Positions 36,490 to 49,689 of a stretch of DNA of 64,000 nucleotides are shown piece after piece (position 1 is the stretch's first letter; each line of letters opens with the position of its first letter). Source of the stretch: Camelus dromedarius. Taxonomy: Eukaryota. Below the pieces are notes generated by a model. That model worked only from the letters and a program-made list of their open reading frames with translations. It was not told the origin of the DNA and made no database searches. The DNA lies in assembly GCF_036321535.1 (NCBI RefSeq), contig NC_087437.1:107758001-107822000 (forward strand), written 5' to 3'. Both the position numbers and the translations under genes were made by a program.

Positions 36490-37661
36490 CATTTTCTTTA
36501 TTGACTATATTCCCTACACTGTGTATTCCAGACCCTTGATTTATTTATTTTGTAACTGAAAGATTGTACCTCTTCATCTCCCTCACCTACTTATCTCTTC
36601 CCCCGACCCCCTCCACACTGGCAACCATCTGTTTCTGCCCTTTATAACTCTTGCTGTTTTATTATGTCTATTAATTTGTTTTGTTTTCTAGATTCCACAT
36701 ATAAGTGAAATCATGCAGTATTTGTCTTTCTCTGACTTTTTTCACTTAGGACAATACACTCTAGATCCATCCATATTGTTGCAATTAGCAAGATTTCATT
36801 CTTTTTTATGGCTGAGTAATACTCCATTGTATGTATGTATGTGTGTCTATCTTTATTCATTCATCTATTGGTGGGCACTTAGGTTGTTTCCATATCTTGG
36901 CTGTTGTAAATAATGCTACAGTGAACATTGGGGTGAATGTATCTTCTCAAATTAATGTTTTTGTTTCCTTCAGATAAACACCCAGGAGTGGAAATGCTGG
37001 ATTGTATGGTAGTTTTATTTTTAATTTTTTAAGGAACCTCCATATTGTTCTGCATAGTGGCTGCACCAATTTATATTCTCACCAACAGTGCAGGAGGGTT
37101 CCCTTTACTCTACATCTTACCCAGCACTTGTTATTTGTTGTCTTTTTGAGAACAGCCATTCTGACAGGTGAGAGGTGATATCTCATTGTGGTTTTGATTT
37201 GCGTTTCCCTAATGATTAGTGATGTTGAGCATTTTTTTCAGGTACCTGTTGGCCATCTGTACGTCTTCTTTGGAAAAACATCTATTCAGGACCTCTGTCC
37301 ATCTTTTAATCAGGTTGTTTGGTTTTTGATGTTGAGTTGTGTGAGTTCTTTGTGTAGTTTGAATATTAACCCCTTATCAGATATATTGTTTGCAAGTGTC
37401 TGCTCCCATTCTGTAGGTAATCTTTTCATTTTATTGATAGTTTCCTTCACAGTAAAAAAAGTATTTTAGTTTGATGTAGTCCCGTTTGTTTAATTTTGCT
37501 TTTGTTTCCCTTGCTTGAGGAGACATACACAAAAAATTATTGCCAAAACTGATATCAAAAGGTGTACTGCCTATGTTTTTGTCTAGAAGTTGTGTAATTT
37601 CAGATTTATATTTAAGTCTGTAGTCCATTTTAAGTTGATTTTTTTTTTTTTATGTGGTGTG
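36490..37661 (-). mobile_element. 5'-truncated L1 (ORF2 C-terminus and 3' UTR)
   Basis: ORF 37431-37628 gives LLDKNIGSTPFDISFGNNFLCMSPQARETKAKLNKRDYIKLK, matching L1 ORF2; also tagattccacatataagtga and catagtggctgcaccaattta. Confidence 0.95.
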
Positions 37662-37719
37662 ATGCTATTTTTTAAAAAAACCTCCAGCACATGTCTAGAC
37701 ACTGGAACTTGCAGATTGC

Positions 37720-38160
37720 CCACTAACATCCTACTTTCATGTTTTAAGCCTCCTGTGGGGACACACTGATTAGGGTTCATTCACCCACTCTCTAGTAATA
37801 ACACTTTCATTACCCTTTAGGGAATCACTTTTTCACCACTCATCCCATGTGGTTCAGATTGGGTTTATTCCTTTATCTACCCCAAGCATTAGCATATATC
37901 TTATGTTGAGTCAATCACATGAATCAATTCTGATCAATGAGAGACAGGCTAGTTCTTTTCCTGAAGTTATTAGAAAAAAAGAAAACCTTATTTTACTAGG
38001 ATGGACAAGGTAAAAGGACGTAAGCATGGAGATTTACGAGGCCAACACGAAATGACAGCTAGTTAAAGATACACACATGCATTCACACAGGACTCAAAGC
38101 AGAGAGACAGAGACAAAATTTTGACCGTATAAATTTGATCCTCAAACTTCTGCTCTTTTC
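37720..38160 (+). mobile_element. Old MLT1-type LTR remnant
   Basis: ccctttagggaatcactttttcaccactcatcccatgtggttcag...agagagacagagacaaaattttga. Confidence 0.5.
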
Positions 38161-38189
38161 CTCGGATCATTGAAATTTTGCCATCTTTG

Positions 38190-38550
38190 GGGTGTTGCTA
38201 TGTGCTTGCAGCTTCCTTTACTTGGGATGCTCTAAGACCCACATCTTTTCCTGACTGTTTCCTTCTTACCTTTAAGTCTCAGTTACAATAATTACCTCTT
38301 AAGAGAGATCATGTTCAACTAGTCACTCAAAAAGCACCATCAATATTCTCTATAAAAACAATCTGTGTCAGTCATACTGATTGTAATTATTTCATTTACT
38401 TTTTATCCTTTTTATTCTTGAAATTCTAGCTCCACATGGGCACCAAGTCTGTGCTGTTGATTGTTACATTCCTAAACCCTGGCATAGTGACTGGTACATG
38501 GTATGTGCTCACTGAATATTTTTGAATGAATGAATCCACGAATGAACAAA
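38190..38550 (+). mobile_element. L2 3' end
   Basis: ccctggcatagtgactggtacatggtatgtgctcactgaatatttttgaatgaatgaat. Confidence 0.85.
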
Positions 38551-41058
38551 CTCAAAATAACAATTGTATAATTACTGAAACTTGGGAAATTGAGGGAAGG
38601 TGGAATGGAATTGTAACTAAATGCTTTATTTGATATGATAAGTACTTAGTAAATAAACACTGAATAAAATACTAAATAAAAGTGATTTTTTTAAAGAGGT
38701 ATAATTATAGTACTGTTAGGATGGTAAACAGCAGAAAAATTTATACATAAAATGTTAAGAACCTTCCTTTTAAATGTAGAATTTGATTAACGATTGTCTG
38801 CTAGTCTGCCTAGTCTGCTCTTTTTCATGTGCAGAATTCAGGGTTAAGGTAAAGGAAGGACACTTTTCAACTTAATTAATTATATTCCACTTTATTTACT
38901 TTTCACATATATCACTTTTTCCTAACTTTTACTACTCTAAATTATAATGATCATATTAATGTAGTCTAATTTTTTAAAATAAATTGGATCCATTAACACT
39001 AAAATGTTAAGTATCCTCTATATTGTGAAGTTATAATTTACTTTTATTTTAAAATATAAGTGGGACTACTTAAGGTATTCAACTACAATTCTATAAAAAT
39101 TGAGTAATAAGTCAATATAAATTTATAAGCATTTAGTTCACATCCTCTGTTTTCAAGACACTAAAGTATGTAAGTGATGATTAAGACTTTGACCTTGCCC
39201 CAATTGAAGAAAACAACAACAAAAAAGCTGACATTAATTTTTTACTTACTCTGTACCTGTGTTCTTCATAAACCCTTACAATAACCCTGAGAGATGTGAG
39301 GACAATTTTGTAGTAAAATAGAAAATCAAAATACTGGAGAACTTTTCAAGGTTTCAGTTAAACTTTGATAAAAGCAAAGTTAAACATGTGGAGTTTTTTT
39401 TACCTATTTTATTTCCCAGTTACATATTGTTTTTCTAGCAAAAACATAAACATTTTGGAAATTTGTATTTAAAAACATATGTCCAATCATTTGTAGGTTT
39501 ATTTTCCTCTTATGCTATTGCTATTTGATGTTGTTTAATATTTAAGATGGCCTAATATGATGTATATTTTGGAGAACATAGCTTTTATATATATATATGT
39601 AAGTAGGTGGGTATACATTTATTCAATTTATATGGAGTGGAATTGGGCTAACTAAAATATTTTTTAGGGTTTTTTCCTTCAGAGAAAAATGTAGCATGGT
39701 CCTCAGTGGGGAAAAGTTGAAGAAAGAAAATACTGTTTTTTAAAACACAATGTTTCAAGAAACTGATAAGAAATTTACCATGGACAATGAGATTTATTAA
39801 TTATGAGTTATAGATAGTTCTTTGTGAAGATGGTTTTGGCTTTAGTGTAGCAAAATCAATCTCTAATAATTACAACTGAGTTATTACAATTGATTATTCC
39901 AAAAGAATTTAACTTTTTATTTATGCCAATACTTAGATTCTAAAGAAGACTCAACATTGTGCAATTCCAATATTTTCCTATTCTGCATAAATAATATTTC
40001 TTCCATCTGAGCAAAATTTCCAAAAGCAGACTTTAAATACTCAGACTCCACTAACTGAAGACAGTTCTTTATTTTTAACGAGTACCGTTGCAATTCTTAT
40101 ATTGGAAGATAGATATTGACAACCAAATCAAACAGTCAAATCTGTAGGATATTTTTAAAAAGATGGCTCAGATTGTTTACCAGAAGCAAAAGAGAGATAA
40201 AAGTTAAATGTGTTTCTTTTCCTGCTTGGGTGGGTCCTCTGAGAATAGAGTGGCTTTGGGGAGATTTTCTCAAGGAAAAATATTAATGTCACTAATAATG
40301 AAAAGTCTCTATGTCTAGTAAATTTAGATTATTATTTTTATTTAAATGTTAAGATAAGGTCACATTTATATAATTAGTTAATATCTTTTAAAGTTTATTG
40401 ATATTTAATTTCACTTGGGATTGCCTTTAATGACTTGGAAAGAGTTTATTGACATTCTTTGAATCTTAAGAGGTAAATAAATGTAGAAGTGCATATGTCT
40501 GTGTGACTAATTTTCTTTAGAATCTGGGACTTAATCCTTAAAAATTCTTCACATTGTGTATGTCAGATGATGGTCATTTATGTTAGAGATATGGGTTAGA
40601 AGTCAAGTAAAAAGTAGGGAAAACAGAAGAGAAAAAGTTTATTCAAGTGCAGCTTTCATTTTCTTGTAAAATAATTGAATGTTAAAAACCTGATGAAATA
40701 TTTCTGTTCTTTGGCTGTTAACATGAACCTTGAGAAACTCAAATAAAACAACTGATTAGCATTAAATTTTTTTTTATTAAAACAAAATACACAACTAACC
40801 TTTCACAATTAAATAAAAATCTGAAGTCTCTAGTTTACTTAGAAATATATATTGCTGTAAGTACTGGTGAGAGAAAAAGTTTAAAAAAATTTCCAAGTGA
40901 TATTATGACTGAAATTTCAAATCACAGCTTTAAAGCTAAAATAGATAAGCAGGTGCTGGACCACCTTATGTTGATTTATGCTGAATATGTTTTCCAGTTT
41001 CAAGTACTGAATAAAAATCAAACCAAACTTGGGGTGTAAAGGAAAGAAGATTTTAGTA

Positions 41059-41373
41059 TGTTCATGGTATAAAAAATGAATGAACAGAGAACTCAACTAA
41101 ATCAAGTGGGGAGACCAGCAGGTGGAGCTCTGTGAGGATAGCTGAGCCCAAAAGGAAGAACACTCCTTTTCTTTCCTGGCAGGAGCTCAGCCAATGAAAA
41201 ACCACGGACTCTCTCTTTACCCTAGTCTCACCTCCCAACTTCCTTTGCTCCTCTATGAAAACTTCTCTTTCCCTGACCATGTGGGGACTTGCACATGGCT
41301 CAACATGCTTGATCCTGAATAAACCCATTCTTGCTGGAGAAATATCTGGCAGTCTCTTTACTGTAGGTCAACA
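41059..41373 (+). mobile_element. ERV LTR
   Basis: ctcagccaatga (CCAAT box), ctgaataaaccca poly(A) signal, terminus taggtcaaca; TSD not resolved. Confidence 0.7.
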
Positions 41374-41379
41374 ACAGAT

Positions 41380-42050
41380 ACTGTAGGTGGAAAATTTGGA
41401 CAGAGGACTAGTGGGAATGGTTTGTTGTCTCTGATACTTTGTATCTGGGAACTCAACTGGGAAGACTTCAAAGGCCACAAGTAACTGGGGCCTAGAGTCA
41501 TCTGGAGGCTTTTTCATATATATATGCTGACAAAACTGAGTTGGAAGAACGCAAAGGCCAGGCTTAGTTGAGGTTGTCAATTGAAGTTCTTATACTGGGA
41601 CTGAAAGTTGTGAGGTATTTTATGACATGGCCTAGGAAATATAACATTCTCTGCTGTATTTCATTGGTTGTGGCAGTGACCTGCCCAAATTTAGGGCAGA
41701 AGGACATATTCCCACCTCTTGATGAAAGACTATCAAATAATCTGTGGCCATGTTTTAAAACCACCAAAATCTGGCCTCTGTCCAGCAGCTATTTACATTT
41801 CTTCCACATGCAAAGTACTTTCAGCCCTTCCCAAGATCCTGCAAAGGTCTCTTCTCCTCATAGTAACATCAGGCTGAGACTCACGGTCTAGAATCTCAGC
41901 CTAAGTCCAGCCCAAGTGCAGAGAAGTCTTCTCAAGAATAATCACATTTGATGCACAAACAAAACATCTCCCCTCACCGCACCCAACACAGAATGGTGAG
42001 AGAGTTAAGGATGGAAGACTATTGTCATTTGAATCAGAAATCAAAGGCCC
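41380..42050 (-). mobile_element. MLT1 LTR (about 41380-41767) plus adjacent MLT1-int
   Basis: tcatctggaggctt...cccacctcttgatgaaag...gtggccatgttttaaaaccacca, then tttacatttcttccacatgcaaagtactttcagcccttcccaaga. Confidence 0.8.
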
Positions 42051-43322
42051 ATCAGAATAATTGTGTCAAATGTAAAGTTATTTTGTTATCCCCATTGTAT
42101 GCAAATTCCAATGAATATATTTTAATCTGACAAATTTTCAAATGTAATTTTAACTATTTCAGACCCAGAATTTATAGCTGCACATCATCAGCGTATCGTC
42201 AGTAAGAATTTGGTGTGTCAAATTAGTGAAGGAAGAAATTCTAAAATAAGATTTAATTTCCCAGAAACAAGAAAGACAAAGCACACAAACTGGATGATCA
42301 GATATTTAGAGACATTGCCAAGAGAGTAAATTATATTCCAACTGATGTGGGGAAGATAAAAACTTGCTGGAACTTGAATTGTGTCCTTTAAGTAATTAAA
42401 ACAGTAATGACTCATTGCCACTAGACATTGGAAATTGTAGGTGCCAGTTTGCTTTACAGGAAATACCAAGGGGGAGAAAAGGAAACTATCATCTCAGGTA
42501 CTTTCTTTTAAAAAATTGAGAGCCAATTCCTCTGATTTTAAAAATTTTAACTGTCACAAAGCATCCCCACATAAAGAAAATACTAAGTTGTGATTACAGG
42601 AGGCTGAGAAGACTGGTGATTATATGGTACAACACAAAACTTTTGGCAAATAATCTTTTAATTGGGGGATGGATAATACAAAGGCAAAATATTATAACTC
42701 TAAACAGGAAATAAAGAAATGTGGTTTACTGTTCCTTATCTCCCAGAATTACTACAAATAGAAATAGTGAGATTATGTGAGCTAGATCAACTCTTTTTCC
42801 TAGTCAAATGATGTAAGTGCTTGGAATAGACAGGAAATAAAATAAAGATAGAACTCCATGCCCTGGAGGCTGTGGGATTTTCTACTGTATTCATTGGAAT
42901 CAGGTGTTGAATGAAACCAATCCCATCTCTATGTTGATCTACTGTCTGGAAATTAGTAAGTTTTTATTCTAAATTTTAAAACTACCGTGTCATTAGAAGA
43001 CTCCATTTGACAATACTAGGACTTTGGTCTCTGGTTCAGTTCCAGCATTGTACATCACAACAACGCTAGGCTTGCAACACTTCTCTGAGGCTTGAATCTA
43101 ACTCACTGTCTTAACTTGATTTTTGTTCCGCTAAACTACACCACACGTTCCGGTGCTGATTCTAACAGGGGTTCCAAGGAATGGATAGGGTGGGAAAAAG
43201 ATGTGTCCCTAACAGTTGAGTGGAGGTTTCTTCCTGGTATTCCCCTGGCAAAAGGAGTTGGTCGAGGGGATTCCCCAACAGTATTACAGGAACTTACATG
43301 GAAATAAGAAACTCTTAACTCT

Positions 43323-43822
43323 TAAATTGATATTTGTTAGGGGCACTAGGACAACGTAACAATAAATTGTTTTATAAAGTGAATGATTCAGCTCTAATAT
43401 GATTGTTAGGAGTTTCAGAGTTTCAAAGTAGTTATGACTAAGGAGACTATAACAACCCCTTGAATAAAAAAAAAAAAAAAAGACATGTCTTTATACGACC
43501 TAGCAGTAATAGGACAAACACAAAAGTATTTCTTTTAGTGACTTAAAATACATCACATGGACACATGTACTTGTGTGTTATCTATCTGTTCATCCATCTA
43601 ACTAGCTCACACTCCCAGAGAACCAAGATTGATTTATTTTGTTTTCCCCCTGGAAATATCAATGGCATCTTTAAATGTACTAAGGTTTAGGCAACTAAGA
43701 TATTCCTGAAAAGAAATTGCTTAAATGAAATTACAGTAAATTGATTATTTGTTCTAGGCACTAGGGAAACTTAATACAATAAATTGTTTTATTAAGTGAA
43801 TTATTCAGTTCTAATATGACTG
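43323..43822. repeat. Spaced imperfect direct repeat, ~85 bp (43323-43405 and 43737-43822)
   Basis: Both copies share taaattgat.atttgtt..ggcactagg...acaataaattgttttat.aagtgaat.attcag.tctaatatga.tg. Confidence 0.9.
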
Positions 43823-45124
43823 CATGTTAATCCAGTACTTAGCTTTTATATCTTAGGATTTCTTGTAATATAACAGTGTGTGAGGAAGAAAGAAAGATGA
43901 TAAATAGATAGATAGGTGCATAGACAGATGTCATTAAATAATACAATATTTCACATTAAAAAAATCCCACACATTGAATATTAGCAGATTTACCATTTCA
44001 TAAAAAGCCCATATTTGAGAACTACATATTTTTCAAACACAATTATTTGGGTGATAATTATACTTCTAAAATGATTGTGTTATATAAAAACTAGAGATAA
44101 TAAAGTGACAAGTATTGTACAAAATGAAATGCTCTCCAAAATATGCCTTACTAAACAATAAACACACATTAAATATCCAGGGTTGTAACCTATTAAATGG
44201 TAACTCACTCTCAGACAGATTGAAAATAATTTTTCTGAGATAATTTCAAATAAACAGAAAATAAGCAATATTTCCATACTACAGTTCAGGGGATAGGTAT
44301 TAACAAAAATTATCTTCCCCTTAGGCCACTGTCTAGACCGCAGGAAACCTGGTCAGCAGCACACGGGTCATCAGAAGGTTCAGACTCAGAAGTTTCCATA
44401 ATGCCGTGGCCAACAGCTAGACATGGTGAATCATGGCCAAGACAGTAACCAAACTTACAGGACACAGGCTGTCAAGACAGAGATGGACCCAACTTCAAGC
44501 GAAATCAGGCCAAACTAACATCTCACAGCTTTGAAGAACAATTTATCTTTGAGCAGTGAATCAGCGGAATGTAGGAAGCTTTGCCAGAGCAAGAAAATTA
44601 TAGAAAATTAGAAACAAACAACTTTTCATGACTCAGTTTGTTTTGGGGAGGAAATTGTTGGATTAAAGGGCTGAATCTAGACAGTTACAGATGGTCACTT
44701 CCACGTCCATTGGACATCTCTACAGATACGTCTGGTTTCTGCCTAGGCTAATAACAGTACCCACTTCAAATGGAATTAGGTGAGAAATAAATGGGAAGCT
44801 GCAATCAAAGCTGATTAGCATCTTAGTTGTGTAAATAGACACATGTGTGCACTCATGCATACACACATATATATACACACATACTTTTCTTGGGGTCCTT
44901 ATATTTCTTGGAAAAAAAACTATATATTCAAATTTACTGGTGAAACTGAGCTACAAAACACAGTGATAAGCTATTCCACCCAGAAAAATAAGCATGTGTA
45001 GTGAGGGCACACTAGATTAATACTGACATTTTAGAGATTGGAGATCAACTGACCATTTCATGTACTTTAGGGAAGTCTAGCGCTCTCCAGTTTTATTTAC
45101 ATGGTTTGATTGATCTTAAAATCA

Positions 45125-45590
45125 TGCCATGGTCCTTGCCAGTGATTGCTTCTCATTGAAACCAGGCTGAAGCCTATCAGCATGTGGCATTAGCCTGGTC
45201 ACAAGAGTTGGTTCAGGCGGAAAGACATGTGACCCTACCCACCAAAGGCACATGAGGGAAGTATGTTTGGGAATATGGGGGAAATATGTTGCTGTTATTT
45301 TTAGTTTAGTTTTGTTTTTTTTCTCCCCTCTCTCTCTCACTCCTTTTTTCTCTCTGTCAGGAGAGACACTGGGAAGTAAGTTTTCTCTACTGCACTTTGC
45401 AGTTGCCTAAATATTGGCCTGAAACTAGTACCCGCATGAGAAAAAGGCCACCGTATGAAGAAGGGCAGAAGAGCTGGTGGATTAAGCCAATCGCAGACTC
45501 TCTTTGGGGGGAACCAATTAATATCCCTGTTCTTTAAGCTTTTTTATATTGGGCTACTTTTTATTTAAACCAAAAATTATTCTAATAGAG
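45125..45590 (+). mobile_element. Old MLT1-type LTR
   Basis: cttgccagtgattgc...gttggttcaggcggaaagacatgtgaccc...gaaccaattaatatccctgttctttaagc. Confidence 0.65.
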
Positions 45591-48500
45591 AAACCTAGTC
45601 CCTTCCACTTTAAACATATCTAATCAACTATCCATAGAAAACCAAAAACATCACTTGGCTTTTCTTGAGTATCTCCTTTTGAACTTTAAAACTTTCTTAC
45701 CCTTATTAATGCTTTTTTAATATTCCAAACACCCCATCTGGATTTTGTAAATGATTCAATTTGTTAATGAAATTCAAATGTACTTAGAAACATATTGAGA
45801 CTGAATAGTCAAAAGATAAAAGAATAGGTGCATAAATATTATTTTATCACATTAAAATTCTGCTCACATTTTAATTTATACTGTGTTCCTTTCTTTATGT
45901 GATCCAAACCGCAGTTTTTTTCCTCAGTGTTCTACTACACTGATGAACAGTATTTTTGATATACCATTAACTTTCTCCCGGCAGTCTTAGCTCAGGAATA
46001 TTATCATTTAATCATTATATGGTCAGCATTTTGTAGGCTGCACAAATATCACATTTAAATCGAATCTGTATCTTTCACCTTTAAAAGAAAAACTGAGATA
46101 AGAATTAAGGTGCTCTATTTGACAAAGTAATTTCTTGCAAAATTTTTTAAAATGACAATTCATCCCCAATACATACTTACATACCATTTTGCTTTAAAAA
46201 GTAGTTCACAAACTAATATCAGAAGACACTCAATAAATATACTTGAAGTGAATAAAAGGAAATGGATATTAATGTGAACCATAATGTCGTGTTTCTGGTT
46301 TCTCACTACTAAAGCTGACTTAAGCATAGTGATTTCTTTTTTATGGAATAATGTTCAATATACTATATAGATCTGTAAATTATAAACACTTAATTGCTAT
46401 TGTTTTTCTCACATGACATTTAGCTCTATCATTTCATTGAATTCTATCTTACTAAAATACATTTTAAGTGGTAAGCTTTGGAAAATTTAGTGACAACTTG
46501 CTTTCATCAAAGTTTGAGTGGTAGGACAAGTAAGAATCAACCACTGAGTATGTTAAAATCGTGTACTACTTTGGCCAAAATATTTTACATCCAACAAAAG
46601 TGCTGGAACAAACAAATTGACAGATATGTTTACAACGCCCAGACTTAGATTCTCAACTTACTAAATTTAGATGCATTTAGAGGAGCATTAAAAACATCTG
46701 TAATTATTACAAAGAGCATTATTTCTTAGGCTTGCCAGAAATAACACAATGTATTTTTCATTTACATCCAGCCAGTTCTAGGAGACAGTTGGAAATGGAA
46801 ACCAGCAAGAAAGAATCCACTCCAAGTTGGAAGGGGCATCCTTCACAATTTCACCCAGACTGTGGGTAAACTCCCCTAGATCCCTTATTTTCAAAGAAGC
46901 AGACATTAGAGGCAATGGGAGAAGAGAATGATGAGATTAACATGCCACAGATACATCGCTGACAGTCTTCTCCACTGGTATTTGCAGAGATCAGTTATGC
47001 CGACAGAGTCAGAGGTATCATCTTCAGATGCAGTGTTTAGCCAGGCAGCCAGGCACACTCATTCTGAACCATCAGTCTCGAAACTTAAAAAAATGCACTA
47101 AGTAGGACTGCACAGCAAACAAGGAAAATAAATTACAACTTTAAATCTCTCCATCCTTCTGTGTTGAAAATAAAAACAATAATAATAAATCATTATCAAT
47201 AATGCCAGACCTGGATTAAGGAAGAAATGTTTATATGAATCCAATAGATTTATAAAGCTTTCAACACTGAAGCCGGGTCTAAGAACCTTTTCTGAGGCAC
47301 CTCCTCTTTGTCACCAAAGCAGATGGCCGACTTACACATGCAAATGAAAAACAGACTTTAGCTATAAAACAAAAGAACGGGATTCAACAAGTAAACCTGA
47401 ATTATTAGCTTAGCACAGGCAATCCCAACAGTAGCTATTATCAAATTCAGACCAGCCCACCCTTGTGAGAAGAGTTACTACAGTTATGCAATACCTGTGA
47501 GGCATTTTAAATCCATTACATAAAAATATCTACTTGGCATATCGTGGTACAGCAGGCATTGTGACAGCAGGCTGACTTCTTTTACCCTGAGGAGTAAAAT
47601 TAAGTGCCGTGCTCAAACAAATGGTTTGCAGTCACACATATCACCCTTCTACTCTGGCTCAAAAGAAGCTCTGTATCTCTGCTCCAAGTATTCACCTCAA
47701 CCTGTCTTCAGTGTGTATTGTGTCCCCTAAGGCTCCCAAGACGATTAAATGGAAGTGTATCCCTGCCCAACATTACGCTGGCCTCAATCAACATTCTCGT
47801 GATGGTCACAAACCTTATCATTTTCTTTACACACCTTCTCACTTTTTCTGGTAGATACAGAAGGTTGATAGAAATTAGAAGAAACAGCTCATTGAATACT
47901 GTGAATCACTTGGTGCAAATACTTGAAGCTACATTCGTTTGACATCTGCCCAACACTACTTTGAGGCGTTAGTTGGGAGCATGAAATTTCATGTCTTCAA
48001 ACGGTATGATGACATCTATAATTCCTTAATAGTTTGGCTAAAGTCAGTGCCGGATCTATAATACAAAATTAATCTCATGCAAGTAGACATCTCCAGGTCA
48101 ACCTCGGCTAGTGACTTTCTGATATTATTTGAAGTGAAGTTACCAATTAAATTACAGGCAATATAGTTCCTTTTAAAAACAATGTAATCATTCACGCTAT
48201 ACATTTGAGGATGGAAATTGTCATTAAAAGTTCAAGAATGTTCTTTGATAAAAAATAAACACATATTAGACTAACTCGGAAAACACATTAACTTTGGAGA
48301 ACACGTAAATCCTAATACAGGTGTTACAGGCAACAGCATCATCAATGAAATAAATTACAATTTAAAATTGCAAGGTTTTCTCCAGCATTCAGCTGATGTT
48401 TATAAGGCTCACAAACACTAGCACATTTGGCAAAAGTTATCTCAGATTTATTCCTATGAAAAAATATGTCTTTTTTCCAATTAACATTTTGCTGATCAAA

Positions 48501-48839
48501 AATTCTGAGTTTAGGAAAATAAAAGTTACAAGCAAGCTTACAGTCAAAGTTGGGACTATTAAAGCAGTAAGAAAAATTTACAGTGCTACATTTTTTTTGG
48601 TATATATAATTTCATTGTAAATCATTTTCCTTACAGTAAAATAACCCCTCCCCTCTCACTTTTGAAATTTAGGTATCTAAAGTTTGTTAAAATTTTTCTT
48701 ATACTGCAGTTAGAGAGATTTTTCATCCTCTACAATTTTTTTCTACATCTAAAAGTAATCTCGCAACCAGAGAGATGGTTAAATTTTGGTATTTTTCCAC
48801 ATTAGCTTTTTCCTAGGTTTTACTGAATTGAACATCTGT

Positions 48840-49130
48840 CAGTTTTACAAATATTCAAGATCCCGTCCTGCTGGAGGATTATATATCTAGCTCATTTGAA
48901 CTCAAGTGTGGCCGCATGGCAAGCTTTATATAACAAAATGTGAGTGGAAATAATATGCTTCCCTCATCCCCTAGATATGACATCTGTCATTGTTCCTGAT
49001 AGGAAATATTCCTTCCAGGTAGATAACTGAGTGAAGAGGATGTGGGTCAGAGCTACACCTGAGCCCTGATGATCACAAAAAGTGAGGAGAGAGATGCTTT
49101 TGTTGTAAGCTATTCATTTGGAAATCATCA
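48840..49130 (+). mobile_element. Old MLT1-type LTR fragment
   Basis: gaactcaagtgtggccgcatggcaagcttt...aaaatgtgagtggaaata...ctttttgttgtaagcta-like 3' end. Confidence 0.65.
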
Positions 49131-49239
49131 ACAAATGTTTATTTTGCTCCTTTTTTTTTTTATTTTGCCCCTGTCACTTTCAATCCTGGCTGCTATTTTC
49201 CAGATATTTCTCAAAATTTCTGGTCCCACTGATGTCATA

Positions 49240-49680
49240 TTTCCCCAGAAACCTGGATCTGAGACATTGGCTTGCTTATGGATAGTTTGTTTTTGTTTGT
49301 GATGCCAGGAAACTGGAATGGAGGACTGGGTAGAGGAAGAGAGGGGACAAGACAAAGCCAATGTAAGAGTTTCTAATGGAGCTGTAATTGGGACTTCATT
49401 CCCCTGACAGCAATTGAGGTATCTGAGAATGTGAGTAGAATACTTCCCACAGTTCTCACCTGAAAAAAATTTAAAAAGAGAGTACATATCGATTGGCTCT
49501 TGTTCACCCTTTCCAACTGGTCAAGGTCAAGTTGTCTTATGAGTGTGAACACACTTGTATTTTAAGGTTTGCAGGAGTGTAGGAGCCAAAGCATCCAAAA
49601 AACTCTGGACCAGAAAGCAAGCTGAAGCGAGTTGATCACAGGAACGTGTGTGAAGCTGGCTTCTTCAGCAGCGGTGGCTG
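49240..49680 (-). mobile_element. LTR33-like ERVL LTR fragment
   Basis: ctgagacattggcttgcttatggatagtttgttt...gtgatgccaggaaac...aaagccaatgtaagag...gtagaatacttcccacagtt. Confidence 0.6.
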
Positions 49681-49689
49681 AATAAATTA

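Noticed and set aside
43323..43822. CRISPR-like repeat-spacer array
   Set aside because: Only two long, diverged copies in a mammalian context; no regular array and no cas genes.
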